NCBI RefSeq assembly: GCF_006345805.1
Contig: NC_043004.1
Span: 31,682,001 to 31,746,000 of the forward strand
Direction of reading: 5' to 3'
DNA from: Octopus sinensis
Taxonomy: Eukaryota
DNA: 64,000 bases
Both the position numbers and the translations under genes were made by a program. Positions within the stretch are counted from its first letter, which is position 1. Every line of letters begins with the position of its first letter. This document shows, piece by piece, positions 1 through 12,139 of the stretch. Below the pieces are notes generated by a model, which was not told where the DNA came from, searched no databases, and worked only from the letters and a program-made list of their open reading frames with translations.

Positions 1-384
1 GAAAGAAAAATACTGATGATGTAACAAACATTAAAATACATACAAGGAATCAGAATGTGAGCTGAAGAAAGTACAGACACTACATAATACAATAGAAGAG
101 CTTGCGAGAAAAATTACGATTCATGAGATGAGAGAAATACATGGAGTACTTCACAACTGTAAAACATGGCAGAGAGACAGATGGAATGCTTCATTAATTA
201 TCATACATGGTGATGACTCAGGTAGGGAGAAAAAGAAAAAGCTTAGAAGTTTGTTGTTTGAGAAAGACAGAGAGTGATGTAGAAAATGGTTACCATTAGT
301 CACTTTGCTATGTCAGGTTGGTCAAAGATGAACACATATCACTGACAAGTCTATAAATGTGTATTATATAAACATAGGGTTAGG

Positions 385-963
385 TAATGTACATATATAT
401 ATATATATATATACACACATACATATATACACACATATATATATACACACACATATACACACACACATATACATACATATATATATATATATACACACAT
501 ACACACACACATACACATACACACGTATCTATACACACACATATATATATACAGACATATATATACACACACACATATATACACACATACATATACACAC
601 ACATATATATACGCACACATATATATATACACACGTACATATATATACAGATATATATACACACATATGTATATACAAACATATATATACACACACATAT
701 ATACACACGTACATATATATACAGATAAATATACACACATATGTATATACAAACATATATATACACACATATATATACACACATATACACCCACATATAT
801 GTACAAAAACATATATATACACATACATTTATATATGTACACACATATATACACACACACACACATATATATATACACACACACACATATATATATATAC
901 ACACACATATACATGCACATATATATATACAAACACACACATATATATATACACATAGATATA
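385..963. repeat. Compound (AC)/(AT) microsatellite
   Basis: TATACACACA-type low-complexity array; explains the YI/HT/CV pseudo-ORFs. Confidence 0.95.
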
Positions 964-1026
964 TGCATCATCATCATCATCTAACGTCCACTTTCCATGC
1001 TAGCATGGGTTGGACGATTTGACTGA
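964..1026 (-). mobile_element. 3' tail of RTE-type LINE ((GAT)n end)
   Basis: catcatcatc-taacgtccactttccatgctagcatgggttggacg matches the end of the RTE fragment at 59305 and the RTE tail at 7238-7549. Confidence 0.75.
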
Positions 1027-1190
1027 AACCAAAGTGGGTACGGTCCACATTCTTCACATCCGCCCATAAAACTACCAGTTGTAAATAGGCACTGACTATA
1101 AATTTGTTCAATAAACTGAGATAAGTTGTAACATCAAAGTATGTTGTCACAGCATTAACAATTTACAAAGTTTAAATTTACAGCATTTAC

Positions 1191-1593
1191 AGCAGGAGTG
1201 GCTGTGTGGTAAGTAGCTTGTTTACCAACCACATGGTTCCGGGTTCAATCCCACTGCGTGGCACCTTGGGCAAGTGTCTTCTGCTATAGCCTCGGGCCAA
1301 CCAAAGCTTTGTGAGTGGATTTGGTAGACGGAAACTGAAAGAAGCCCGTCGTATATATGTATATATGTATATGCGTGTGTGTGTTTGTGTGTCTGTGGTT
1401 GTCCCTCTAGCATTGCTTGACAACCGATGCTGGTGTGTTTACGTCCCTGTTACTTAGCGGTTCGGTAAAAGAGACCGATAGAATAAGTACTGGGCTTACA
1501 AAAGAATAAGTCCCGGGGTCGAGTTGCTCGATTAAAGGCGGTGCTCCAGCATGGTCGCAGTCAAATGACTGAAACAAGTAAAAGAGTAAAGAG
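1191..1593 (+). mobile_element. Full-length tRNA-derived SINE (family A) with 28-bp TSD
   Basis: Pol III A/B-box head (tggctgtgtgg...ggttcaatccc). TSD agcattaacaatttacaaagtttaaatt at 1151-1178 and 1594-1621. Empty site present in the paralogous block near 30231. Confidence 0.9.
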
Positions 1594-1781
1594 AGCATTA
1601 ACAATTTACAAAGTTTAAATTACTCTTAAGTAAGTATGATTATATGTGTGGTGATAATTTGGGGCTTCTTACAGGAAATTCACGGCATGCAGTAGACAAA
1701 AATCAAGAAAAAGGATATGATATGAAATTGGCATAGATTATAATGTGCATTTGAGTGTATTTAAGTTAGTCTCCATTTATT

Positions 1782-2761
1782 GGATCTTTTCCCTTTGAAC
1801 GGCAGATTGAGAAATTAATTTTTTGTAACTAAACACTTTCAAACTTCAGACACTGGTAGAATGTGTCATATGTCTCATGCACCAAATGGCAATTGCTAAA
1901 AAGCATTCGTGAAGTAAAATCATGAAGCAACACCAAATGGCGGTGCCCCAGCATGGCCACAGCTTGTGAGCTGAAACTAGATAAAAAAAAATATAAAACA
2001 TCTTTTACTTGAAAAAAGTTTATATTTACGAAATTATTTCATGTTAAAGTTGTCGTATTTTGGTAATTTCAACCAATCAATGACGTGTATTCAGCTGAAT
2101 AAAATTACTGCCGTTGTTTGTCAACAACTATCGGCGGTGTATATTTTGTTTGTCACTGTTATCTATGACATTGTTCAGGCGTTTGTACTAGTTTTAGCTT
2201 TAAGGTTTTAGGGTTAGGGTTTTAGGGTTTGGGTTATGGGATTTAGTGTTGGGGTTAGGGTTTTAGGGTTTGGGTTATGGGATTTAGTGTTGGGGTTAGG
2301 GTTTTAGGATTAGGGTTTGAGTTGCAGAAAGAAATAAAAAATGAAGAAATAGGCAAAAAAAGTCTTTCCGAAAATAGTAGCTTGAAAAACAGGAAAACTA
2401 ATTTTAAAAAACCAGTGGAAATGCACGAACGATTATGGTGGTGCCATGAAGTAAACATACTTCAGATACACTCGTTTATTTATACGAACGTAAATGAGAT
2501 GAAATATGTCATAAATAACAGTGACAAACGAAATATACACTGCTGGAAGTTGTTGTTGACAAACAACAGCAGTAATTTTATTCAGCTGCATACACGTCAT
2601 TGATTGGTTGAAATTACTGAAATACGACAACTTTAACATGAAATAACTTAAAAATAGAAACTTTTCTCAAGAATGCTAACAGTAAAAGATATTTTATATG
2701 ACACATTCTACCAGTATACAAAGTTTATTTTCTAAATCTGCCGTTCAAAAGGTAAAGAACC
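1782..2761. mobile_element. MITE with ~270-bp TIRs, GG termini and 8-bp TSD (Merlin- or hAT-like), internal TTAGGG-like repeats
   Basis: ggatcttttccctttgaacggcag ... ctgccgttcaaaaggtaaagaacc. TSD catttatt at 1774-1781 and 2762-2769. Empty site ctccatttatttctag near 30405. Confidence 0.85.
1871..1990 (+). mobile_element. Short retroposon 3'-end insertion inside the MITE left TIR
   Basis: Interrupts the TIR at gtgtcatat/atataaaac; ends ggcggtgccccagcatggccacag...gctgaaactagat(A)n. Confidence 0.65.
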
Positions 2762-2949
2762 CATTTATTTCTAGTTAAACTATGTGACTGTAATGTGCAC
2801 AGCCCATCATCCAGAGACAACCATGAGTACAAGTATAATCATATTTTGTGAATGTAATAAATAACTTAATTGTTACTTTACTAACACTTGAGTAGAGGTA
2901 ATAAGGTTCAATCTCACTAATAAAAGATTAATGATAGAAGAATGTACGT

Positions 2950-3600
2950 TATAATTCCCAATGTCTTTGAGATGCAATACTTTGATGATGGTATTCTCCA
3001 GGAAAATTACTCAGTGATGTTGAGATGTAGCATTCCTAGTGACTTTAAATGTTCTTGTTGTGTACCCTGACATTTAGGGGTGATGGTCATGATATCATTT
3101 TCCTGTTATATGTAGGGATTGCAGCTTTGTGCTATTGATGAGGACAAAATCCCCCATCAGAGAATGATTTCATGGTCTCTGTTCATGGAGTTAGTGTAGG
3201 CCTGACTTAGAGTGTCAAAGCTGCATGTAGATAACACTGTATAGAAAAATGTTAGGGAGGAGTGTAAGGCAGTATCATCTGCATAGGAGGGGGCATGGTT
3301 GGAAGTGAAGGCAAGTAGAACCTTGATGTATAGGAGAAAGAGAGTGGCTGATGAAACTAAATCTCAAACTTAATAGAATGTGGGTGAAGGACATTTCCAT
3401 GATGGTGCAAACTGACAACACTAATCCTAGACATGAGAGATGGATAGAGCACAAAGATGGATAGGTTTTGCTTGGATATTCATAGGATATGGTGAAATAC
3501 TTTGCTGATGTTGAATTCAGCAACATTTTTATCACTAAATTTCTCAGTGATAAAGGTCATCTGGTGAGTGACACAGGCACACTACAAAATCTGTTCTGGT
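2950..3600 (-). pseudogene. Decayed CR1/L2-type reverse transcriptase fragment
   Basis: Manual translation gives SATLFLLYIKVLLAFTSNHAPSYADDTALHSS, with stops and frameshifts nearby. Confidence 0.65.
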
Positions 3601-3744
3601 AGTCACGACTGGAATAATTTTTCTCAGAGATCTAATCATATAAGAAAAGGATATATTGGACAATTTGTTTATTTTCTCATAGAAATAAGGATAAACATTA
3701 CCTATAATAATAATGGTTTCAGATTTTGGTACAAGGCCAGCAAT

Positions 3745-3908
3745 TTCTGGGGAGAGGCGAAGACAATTAGGTCAACCCTAGTGCTCAACTGGTACTTATT
3801 TTATTGACCCTGAGAGGATTAAAGGCTACGTCGACCTCAGTAGAATTCGAACTCGGAACGTAAAATAGACAAAACACTGCTAAGCATTTTGCCCGGCATG
3901 CTGACGCC
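3745..3908 (-). mobile_element. Diverged SINE (family B) fragment
   Basis: Similar to the SINE at 5699-5930 (gtcgacctc...gaactc...gctaagcatttgcccggc). Confidence 0.7.
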
Positions 3909-5337
3909 TTAACAATAACAACAAAGCTTACTTCGAGTTAACGAGGGAAGCTATGTGTGGTCGTTCGACCTGCTAGAAATAGTAGGCAAATTACCCCTAA
4001 AATCACACCCTACTTGCGGAAAAAGTACACTTGAAAATGCAACTCTCTCTCTCTCTCTCTCTGTGGCATAGCACACAAGTTTGGTGAAAAGCGTCCGACG
4101 GAAAGTGTCGTTTCTTCTTAATGAATAATCTTAATTATACAATGTAATTATTTTCACTTCGTATATTGCCATCTTTCTATGTATCCAAAACTACACATCT
4201 ACTTGAATCAGTGCTTCTCAAACTTCAACTTAGGAAAACTTAGTGCAGTGTATAAAAAAATAAGGCAATCTTACGCCCTCCTCAAATAATCACAAGGTTT
4301 TTCTTTCATCGCGTAACAATAGATAACACACGAGACAACTAGTTTTTTAGTTTAACAGAAGTTGATAATACCACAAACAAAACTTTATTTTACTCACTAT
4401 TGGACCCCATGCATGTTAAATAGCCCTAGACGGCAAGGGTGCCTCTCGTTTACGTCCCAGTAGTTCATGTACAGTCGTGCAGAATTATGTATGGAGAACT
4501 AGTTTTACCTAATTTCTAGGTTAACCCATTATTGCCGTTTTAAAAAGCACAAATTATCTTATTAAAAAAAAAAAATCGTAGCTTAATTTCCTTTCAAACC
4601 ATAAAAATTACATCATGTATAGTCTCCATATGAATATAAATTATGAGCTTACAAAAGGACTGCTGCATTTTAACTTGTCCTTCCTTTTCCTGTGATAGTA
4701 AATAGTTGAGATGCAGTTTCTTGCAGGTCAAACGACTGCACATAGATTCTGTTGGGTTGTAATTTACATACAGGATCGCCCATACAAAATATTACAGAAA
4801 TCAAAATGACAACTGAACAAACTGACAGGTTTGCTTTTTTGTTTACTTCCCAATAGGAAGTAAACAAAAAAGCAAGTTTTTTTTTACTGGGTATAAAGAT
4901 GCAAACAAGAAAACGGTTAATAACATTAATATAAATAAACAAACATTATTAATGAGAATATGTAACATTAATTTAAGAGAAAAAAGAGCAAACAGTATTT
5001 CTACCAACCAGAGGGAAGGAGTAGCACCTACTAACATGTAAACGATGAAATACGCCTGCGTACAGCCCACGCCTATTTCTCAAATTACAATTTTTCACAT
5101 TTACTGGCTTAAGTTCTAAAGCAATTTATTATGTTTAATTACCAGTTCTTAGTGGCATTTCATCTTTCTTTGTTTTGAGTTAAAATTCTGCTGCAGTTGA
5201 CTTTCTCGTTCACCATTTCTTTGTTAATGAAATAAATACCAGTTCATGACGGGGTTGATGTAATTGATTTACTCCCACCTCGAAATTACTGGCCTTATGC
5301 TTAAATTTTAAACCATTATTATTATTATTATTATTAG

Positions 5338-7195
5338 AATGCCGACGATGTCACCGTGATGGTGTCAAGTCACTGGCACAGTGACCTGACCGGCGAGACG
5401 CTGAACGAATACGAAGCGGTGACAGGGGCAAAAATTAACGCGGAAAAGTCCGTGGGCTTGCAACTAGGCACCTGGGGAGGCAAGTCCATGCCGTCCAACA
5501 GCGCCGTAGGGCGCTGGACAGACGGACCTGTTAAACTGCTCGGGGTTTGGTTCGGTCCGGACCTCCAGGTGGATAAAAACTGGGAAGAAGTGACGAGTAG
5601 GGTGGCCAATCTCACCCAGAAATGGGCCGAGAGGAAGCTATCCCTGAAAAGTTGAGCGGAGGTGGCAAATGCGTACATCGCATCCGTCATCTATTACCTA
5701 TTTCTTTATTACCCACAAGGGGCTAAACACAGAGGGGACAAACAAGGACAGACATAGGTATTAAGTCGATTACATCGACCCCAGTGCGTAACTGGTACTT
5801 AATTTATCGACCCCGAAAGGATGAAAGGCAAAGTCGACCTCGGCGGAATTTGAACTCACAACGTAACGCAGACGAAATACCGCTAAGCATTTCGCCCGGC
5901 GTGCTAACGTTTCTGCCAGATCACCGCCCTTTACCGCTTGACCATCGTCCCTTGTCCCGACCGCTGGTTGGCCAAGCTGGTACGCTTGCTCTTTGACTTT
6001 TTGTGGAAGGGTCAGGTACCAGTGGTCAGGCGATCCATCTGCTGTCAACGACCGCTGAACGGAGGCCTTGGCATGCCGTGGTTACTGATGCGCAGACATG
6101 CGCTCAGGTTACGGCATCTCAAGCGTTTCCTAGACAGTGAACAGGTGTAATCGTCGTTTGTCAGACGCGACTTTCTGCAGCTCGTCTCTTTGACAGAGCT
6201 GCAAACCTGGATCAAACGCAGACCGAGAAAGGGCGTTTGGCACCTCGAGTGCCATCAAGCTCTCTCCGCCCTCCGCCAAGCGGGCAATGCGATCGGTAGT
6301 AGTTCCACTCTAGCGTTCTATAGAGGGTTAGTGGAAGAAAAGTGCGACGACGTTCTCGGGGAAACTCTAGGCGTTGATGATAACAAGCTGAGCAGTCTGT
6401 TCAGAAGGACTTTCGGGCCGGGGCCAATGGATAATTTCCAGAGGTCCCTCGCCTGGCAGTGTTACCGAGGGGCTCTGCCTGTTCGAGATAAACTCTACCG
6501 GCATGGAAGTGCCGTCAGCCGGGTCTGCCCGAGGTGCTGCCAGGACGGCGAAACCGTTCTGCATGCTCTCGTCCAGTGTCCGAGTATTGCTGAACTGGGT
6601 TTATGTCGAACAGCTACTGTCGCGTATAGGACGGATCCGGCTATCAGCTGAATCCATAGTGAAGATTGCCCCACCAACCTCCTTTAATCAGGAGGGCAAG
6701 GCAGTTTTCCTTTGCCTAGTGGCTGTAGCGAAAGAGGTGGTATGGTGGACCCGTTTAAGAGGGCTAAGGTCAGACACTTTCCTCTTTGGCCCAGGCCTCA
6801 TCAACTTTTTCAAGTTTCACTTGAAAAGGAAGATGAGAGTAGAGAGAGAAGTGTTGTCCGATAGCAAGTTTACTGAAAGGTGGATAAATGTCGCAAGAAT
6901 GGCCAGTATGAAAGAAGCCATTCTGGGGATACACCTGTAAGAAAAGGTATTACAAAAGGAGAAAGGGGCTCTCTACTCCCCTTTTGACCAGGCTCCCGTG
7001 GCTTTTATGGGTTTTTCCACCAGGAACCTTTCGTAACGCCTCCCCCTATTGGGAGTTTTTTCATTATTGAATATTTTCCATTGTTACACGGTTTTTTACA
7101 CGGATTTTTCACAAATGGACAAAACCCTTTGTAATATTCGTCCCTTTATGTTATAATTAATTTTTGTCAGCCCTTGTGGCCAATAAAAGAATTAA
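5338..7195 (+). mobile_element. 5'-truncated, disrupted L1/Tx1-like LINE (RT C-half, zinc knuckle, 3' UTR)
   Basis: ADDVTV, GAKINAEKS, KLLGVWFG and CPRCCQDGETVLHALVQC motifs across ORFs 5356, 5938, 6190 and 6503; stops and frameshifts; AATAAA end. Confidence 0.85.
5699..5930 (-). mobile_element. SINE (family B) inserted into the Tx1-like ORF2
   Basis: Splits the IYY/RLTIVPC coding sequence; ttacc duplicated at 5694-5698 and 5931-5935; tRNA-like head. Confidence 0.88.
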
Positions 7196-7209
7196 TTGTT
7201 ATTATTATT

Positions 7210-7634
7210 AGAGCAGCAAATTGACAGAATCATGAGCTGGCTCCGTACCAGCTGCACGTAAAAGGGCACCATTCGAGCGTGGTCGTTACCAACGTCGCCT
7301 TACTGGCACCTGTGTCAGTGGAATGTGTAAAAAGATTCGAGCGAGGTCATTGCCAGTACCGCCTGACTGGCACGTAAAAAGCACCCACTACACTCTCGGA
7401 GTGGTTGGCATTAGGAAGGGCATCCAGCTGTAGAAACTCTGCCAGATCAAGATTGGAGCCTGGTGCGGCCGTCTGGTTCACCAGACCTCAGTCAAAATCG
7501 TCCAACCCATGCCAGCATGGAAGGCGGACGTTAAACGATGATGATGATGATGAGCATACTAGGCAAAATCCTCAGCAGCATTTCTTCCATCTTTACATTC
7601 TGAGTTCAAATTCCACCAAGGTCAACTTTGCTGT
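7210..7634 (+). mobile_element. SINE family B 5' half (continues at 12681-12790), host of two later insertions
   Basis: Head ...tgacagaatcatgagc / atactaggcaaaatcctcagcagc...gagttcaaattccaccaaggtcaactttgc resumes as tgttcatc...gtcgataaaataagtac after the LTR element. Confidence 0.75.
7238..7549 (+). mobile_element. RTE LINE 3' UTR fragment
   Basis: Matches the 3' UTR at 59305-59500 (reverse); (GAT)n tail; atgagc duplicated at 7232-7237 and 7550-7555. Confidence 0.8.
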
Positions 7635-8049
7635 TGTAGTGATGCTACAGTGTAGGGTTCGGCGCGCATGCGCAGAATGGGACTACTTCCGGTGGCCACC
7701 GGAAGTCTTCCCCATGCGCATGTGCGGGAAAACATCTCTCGAGCCCGCGAACCTCAATCTCTCTCTCTTCGGCTCAAGACAGCACTGCGATCGGTCACGG
7801 TTTTCCTGGCTCTGACAGCCACACACCAACTTCAACCAACTTCAACCACCTCAACGACCAACACCAGCAGTATATCAGAGGCTGTCTATTCCCCCATCAG
7901 ACAACGTACAACCATGAATCAATAAACCAAGTTGTCTGTTCACCTTTAACCTGAGTTTCGTCTGTTTGTTTTCTACAAGAATTTTTATGTGACTAGAAAG
8001 GATCTCGACACCCTGCCAGTGTTTCGATGATAGATCCTTTCACGTTACA
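7635..8049 (+). repeat. 5' LTR (415 bp)
   Basis: Same as 12264-12680 except for small indels; AATAAA at ~7921. Confidence 0.95.
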
Positions 8050-8051
8050 AT

Positions 8052-8061
8052 TGGTGACCCC
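8052..8061 (+). promoter_or_regulatory. Primer-binding site, tRNA-Trp type
   Basis: TGGTGACCCC 2 nt after the LTR; complementary to the tRNA-Trp 3' end (GGGGUCACCA). Confidence 0.8.
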
Positions 8062-8437
8062 TAGTTGAGAAAAAGAACAGGATAGAAAAAGACACAGCGA
8101 ACAGGTTTTTTTTGGGGCCGAAGAGCGCGGAAATTCACATTTTTCCTATTTTCTTTTTTCTCCTTTTCAGCACGGCGAGGTGGGTAAAATAGCCTTATTC
8201 ATCGCACACAGTACAAAAAAAAAAAAAAAAAAACAAGAAAAAAGAAAACACACACACATTCATTTTTTTTCCTTTTCTGTATTTTGTTTTCCTTGTACAC
8301 ACCTATTCCTTTTTTTGCTACCCACGAGGTGCACACACAAACACAATTTTGAATTGCCTTCTCGGTTCCACGTGTTCTCTCTCCACTTCTAGACCATACC
8401 TTCTGCCCCCTTCTCACAGATTCCTTCCGACAAAGGC

Positions 8438-8917
8438 ATGGCTTCAGGTTTGCCTTCATTTACGGGGGATATGGGCCTGTGGTTTGCCCAAGTGGAGTGG
8501 TATTTTGATGCACATGCCATTTCTCCACAGCAGCAGTTGCACCTGCTATATTCCGGCTTACATCCCCGACTCGCCGCATCGATCAGGGATCTAATAATAA
8601 GTCCCCACCCGGATGCCACATACGCGTCTGTGAAAGCAGAAATCCTCCGCCGCAACACACGTTCGGGGAGCAATATTCAGATTGCCACGATGGCCGATGG
8701 AATACTGGAATTTCCGAATCCATCTCCATCGCGAGGCCTCTGTGCATGTATAGGGGGCCCTGCGCAAATTTCACTAGCCGAGCGGATTGATGCGCTCACG
8801 CGGCGAATCGACGATCTATCCCGTGCGATCGAGCGCCGACAACGCAGTCGTAGTCGCTCTACCAAAAGGGCAGATCGGTGTACCCAGCCGTGCACTTTCA
8901 AGCCCTCGGAAAACTAA
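8438..8917 (+). CDS. gag: Gag (short, 159 aa)
   Basis: FTGDMGLWFAQVEWYF N-terminal motif, RSRSRS tract, ends [12 protein letters not shown]; overlaps pol in the -1 frame at ggaaaac. Confidence 0.8.
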   Translation: MASGLPSFTGDMGLWFAQVEWYFDAHAISPQQQLHLLYSGLHPRLAASIRDLIISPHPDATYASVKAEILRRNTRSGSNIQIATMADGILEFPNPSPSRGLCACIGGPAQISLAERIDALTRRIDDLSRAIERRQRSRSRSTKRADRCTQPCTFKPSEN

Positions 8918-11900
8918 ATCCGGAGGAGGTGAGCACGTCACCTTCTTCCATCTCGTTTCCCAAACATCGTGCATTCTATGTAAAAGATCTGGTGTCGAAG
9001 ACATTCTTCATGGTAGACACCGGTTCCTGTTGCAGCATCTGGCCCCTTCGTCTGGCTGCAGACAAGCCGAAGCGCTCTTCGATTGTCTTGCATGCTATTG
9101 ACTCGTCTCCCATAACCACTTACGGTCAGATTTCGCTGCGCCTCAACCTCAACCTTCGCCGAGACTTTCGATGGGTTTTCGTCATCGCTGACATCCCACA
9201 TCCTATTCTCGGCGCTGATTTCCTGGATAGGTTTAACCTATTGGTGGATGTCAGGCGTCGGAGGCTTCTTGATAGCACGACGTCGCTCTCTACACCGACT
9301 GGGAGTTCCACCACTGCGGTCCTTAGCCCGACATTCTTTGTTGCCACCTCTGGAGACCCATTTCACTCTCTTTTGGTTTCATTTCCGGAGCTAGTGGACA
9401 TTGCCTTTAAACCGGAAAATCCTACCCACTCGACCCTCCATTTCATCACCACCAATGGGCCACCTGTATTCTCACGCCCCCGGCGCCTAGCGCCAGACCG
9501 ACTAAAAACGGCCAGAGCCGAGTTTGAGCACATGCTTCAACTTGGCCTTATACGCCCCTCCACCAGCCCATGGGCATCTCCCCTTCATTTGGCGCGAAAG
9601 GGCGAGTCTGATTTTCGCCCGGTTGGAGACTATCGACGCCTCAATGCCGTCACAATAGCCGATCGCTATCCGATTAGAAATCTCCGGGACTTTACAGCAA
9701 ATCTCCATGGTTGTACCATTTTTTCGAAGGTCGATCTGATACGCGCTTACCACCAAATACCGGTCAACCCAGCCGACGTTCCAAAAACTGCAATCACTAC
9801 CCCGTTTGGGTGTTTTGAGTTTTTGTACATGAGTTTCGGTTTGCGGAATGCTACTAGCACCTTCCAGCGCGTTTCATTGATGAGGTTGTCCGCGGTCTTG
9901 ATTTTGTGTTTGCCTATGTCGATGACATACTCATTGCGAGCGACACACGAGAAAATCATCTCCGGCACCTTTCTCAACTCTTCCAGCGTCTTCGCGCGTA
10001 TAGCATACGCATAAACCCCGACAAGTGTGTTTTCGGACGCTCTTCCCTAGATTTTCTAGGGCATCATATTGATTCGACTGGAATCAGCCCCCTCTCGTCA
10101 AAAGTCGATGCCATTCAACGCATCGCACCCCCCACTTCCTTGCGCCAGCTCAGGCATTATCTAGGGATGGTCAATTTCTACCGACGCTTCATTCCCGGTT
10201 GTGCAGATAAGCTGCTACCTCTCACCAGGCTGTTAAAGGACTCTCCTAGAAAGGACAGTCAAGTCACCCTCTCTGTTGAGGCAGTGACAGCCTTTGAGTC
10301 CATTAAGAAGGAGCTGGCTTCTGTTTCTTTGCTTGCACATCCAGTTCCTGGTGCTTCTCTCTCTTTGACTGTGGACGCATCGGACACTGCGATTGGCGCT
10401 GTGTTACAACACACAGTGGATGACCATGTTCGACCTCTAGCCTTCTTTTCCCGTCAACTGCAACCAGCTGAACGACGATACAGCACCTTTGATCGTGAGC
10501 TCCTAGCGATCTATCTATCGGTTCGTCATTTCCAGCATCAACTTGAAGGGCGAGATTTTGTGATCTATACGGATCACAAGCCCCTTACGTTTGCCCTGTT
10601 TTCAAAAACGGAAAAACTCTCACCCCGTGCTTTTCGGCACCTGGATTTTATCTCTCAATTTACTAGCAACATTCGACACATACCTGGAAAAGAGAACGTT
10701 CCTGCTGACGCTCTCTCTCGCCTTCCAGTTTGCGCCCTTTCGTCTCCTGCTGCTATCGACTTAGCTGCCATATCGCAGGAGCAGCCACCTTTGGCGTCGT
10801 TAGATTTAACTTCTCCCAAGTTCTCCTGTTGCCAGTTTTCCTACCTTCCGCTTCCGTCAGCCGAAGGCACCATTCTTTGTGACACTTCAACTGGATCTCC
10901 CAGGCCACTGGTGCCTGAGACCCATCAACGCTCAGTGTTTGAAGCACTGCACTCCTTATCACATCCTGGCATCGCTGCCACCCTCAAACTAATCACTGCT
11001 CGGTTTTTCTGGCCGAATATGCGTCGCACAATTACTTGTTGGACACGCACCTGCTCCAAGTGTCAACGATCCAAGATTCAACGGCACGTTCGTGCCCCGC
11101 TTGGACAATTTCCCCCACGGAGGCCCGTTTTCGCCATGTCCACATCGATCTGGTTGGACCATGGCCTGTGAGTCGCGGGTTCTCTTATCTATTAACTTGT
11201 GTCGATCGTTTCTCCCGCTGGCCAGAAGCCATTCCGATAGCAGACATTTCTGCTGAGACTGTTGCGCGAGCTTTCGTTTCAAACTGGATTTCTCGCTTCG
11301 GAGTCCCGTCCCGATTGACAACTGATCGTGGACGACAGTTTGAGGCCTCGCTATTTCGCGAATTGTCGCGAATTTTGGGTATGCACCATATCCACACCAC
11401 AAGCTACCATCCAGCGTCTAATGGATTGGTTGAGCGGTTCCATAGACAGCTCAAGGCCGCTCTTCGTGCCTCTTCGGACCCACAGTCCTGGATCGAATTT
11501 CTGCCCATTGTGCTTCTCGGCTGTCGGACTGCTGTCAAGGCAGACCTGGGGTTTTCTGCTGCAGAGCTGCTGTATGGTACCACACTGGCATTGCCCGGTA
11601 CGATGTTGGTGCCAGACACTTCCCCGCCCCATGATCCGGCGACCTATGTCACCAGACTGCGGGAATATTTTTCAAACCTTCCGCCCATGCTTCCCAGAAA
11701 GCAATCTCCACCGTCCCATCTTCCACCGGATATGAACACCTGGTCGCATGTTTTTGTTCGGGACGATTCTGTGAAGGGCCCACTTGTTTCTCCCTATAAA
11801 GGACCTTTTCGTGTGCTTTCTCGCACACCAAAGGTTTTCACGATTGAGATAAATGGTCGTTCGGAGACCGTTTCCGTGGACCGTTTAAAAAAGGCACATT

Positions 11901-12139
11901 TTGAGACGTCTTCATCTTTTGATGACAACCTTGACACACCCACCTATGCACCTTTAACAACACTTTCACCTGCACAAACGCCTTCACCTGCACAAACGCC
12001 TTCACCTGCACAAACACCTTCACCGGCTCCTACAACACCACCCTCGCCGTCAACGGGTGCCCCGAGCACACCGTATGTTACAAAATCGGGCAGAACAGTG
12101 CATTGGCCCAAGAAACTTTCAAAAACAATTTACATTTAA
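8878..12139 (+). CDS. pol: Pol polyprotein (protease, RT, RNase H, integrase) split by two 1-bp frameshifts near 9870 and 11110
   Basis: VDTGS, DYRRLN, YVDDIL, VDASD, YTDHKPL, HHCC, IDLVGP, TTDRG and NGLVERFH motifs in ORFs 8878, 9906 and 11036. Confidence 0.92.

Noticed and set aside
351-984. Long ORFs of 100-460 aa here and at 53009-54403, 62632-63157, 16437-16801, 38364-38677
   Set aside because: Stop-free translations of microsatellites.
1191-1262. tRNA gene candidates at SINE heads
   Set aside because: A/B boxes are present but there is no full cloverleaf, and each continues into a SINE body.
2201-2316. True telomere or chromosome-fusion site
   Set aside because: Short arrays enclosed in TIR elements with TSDs; same for 45970-46276.
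11967-12022. 18-bp tandem repeats suggesting a CRISPR-like array
   Set aside because: No spacers; encodes SPAQTP repeats in the integrase tail.
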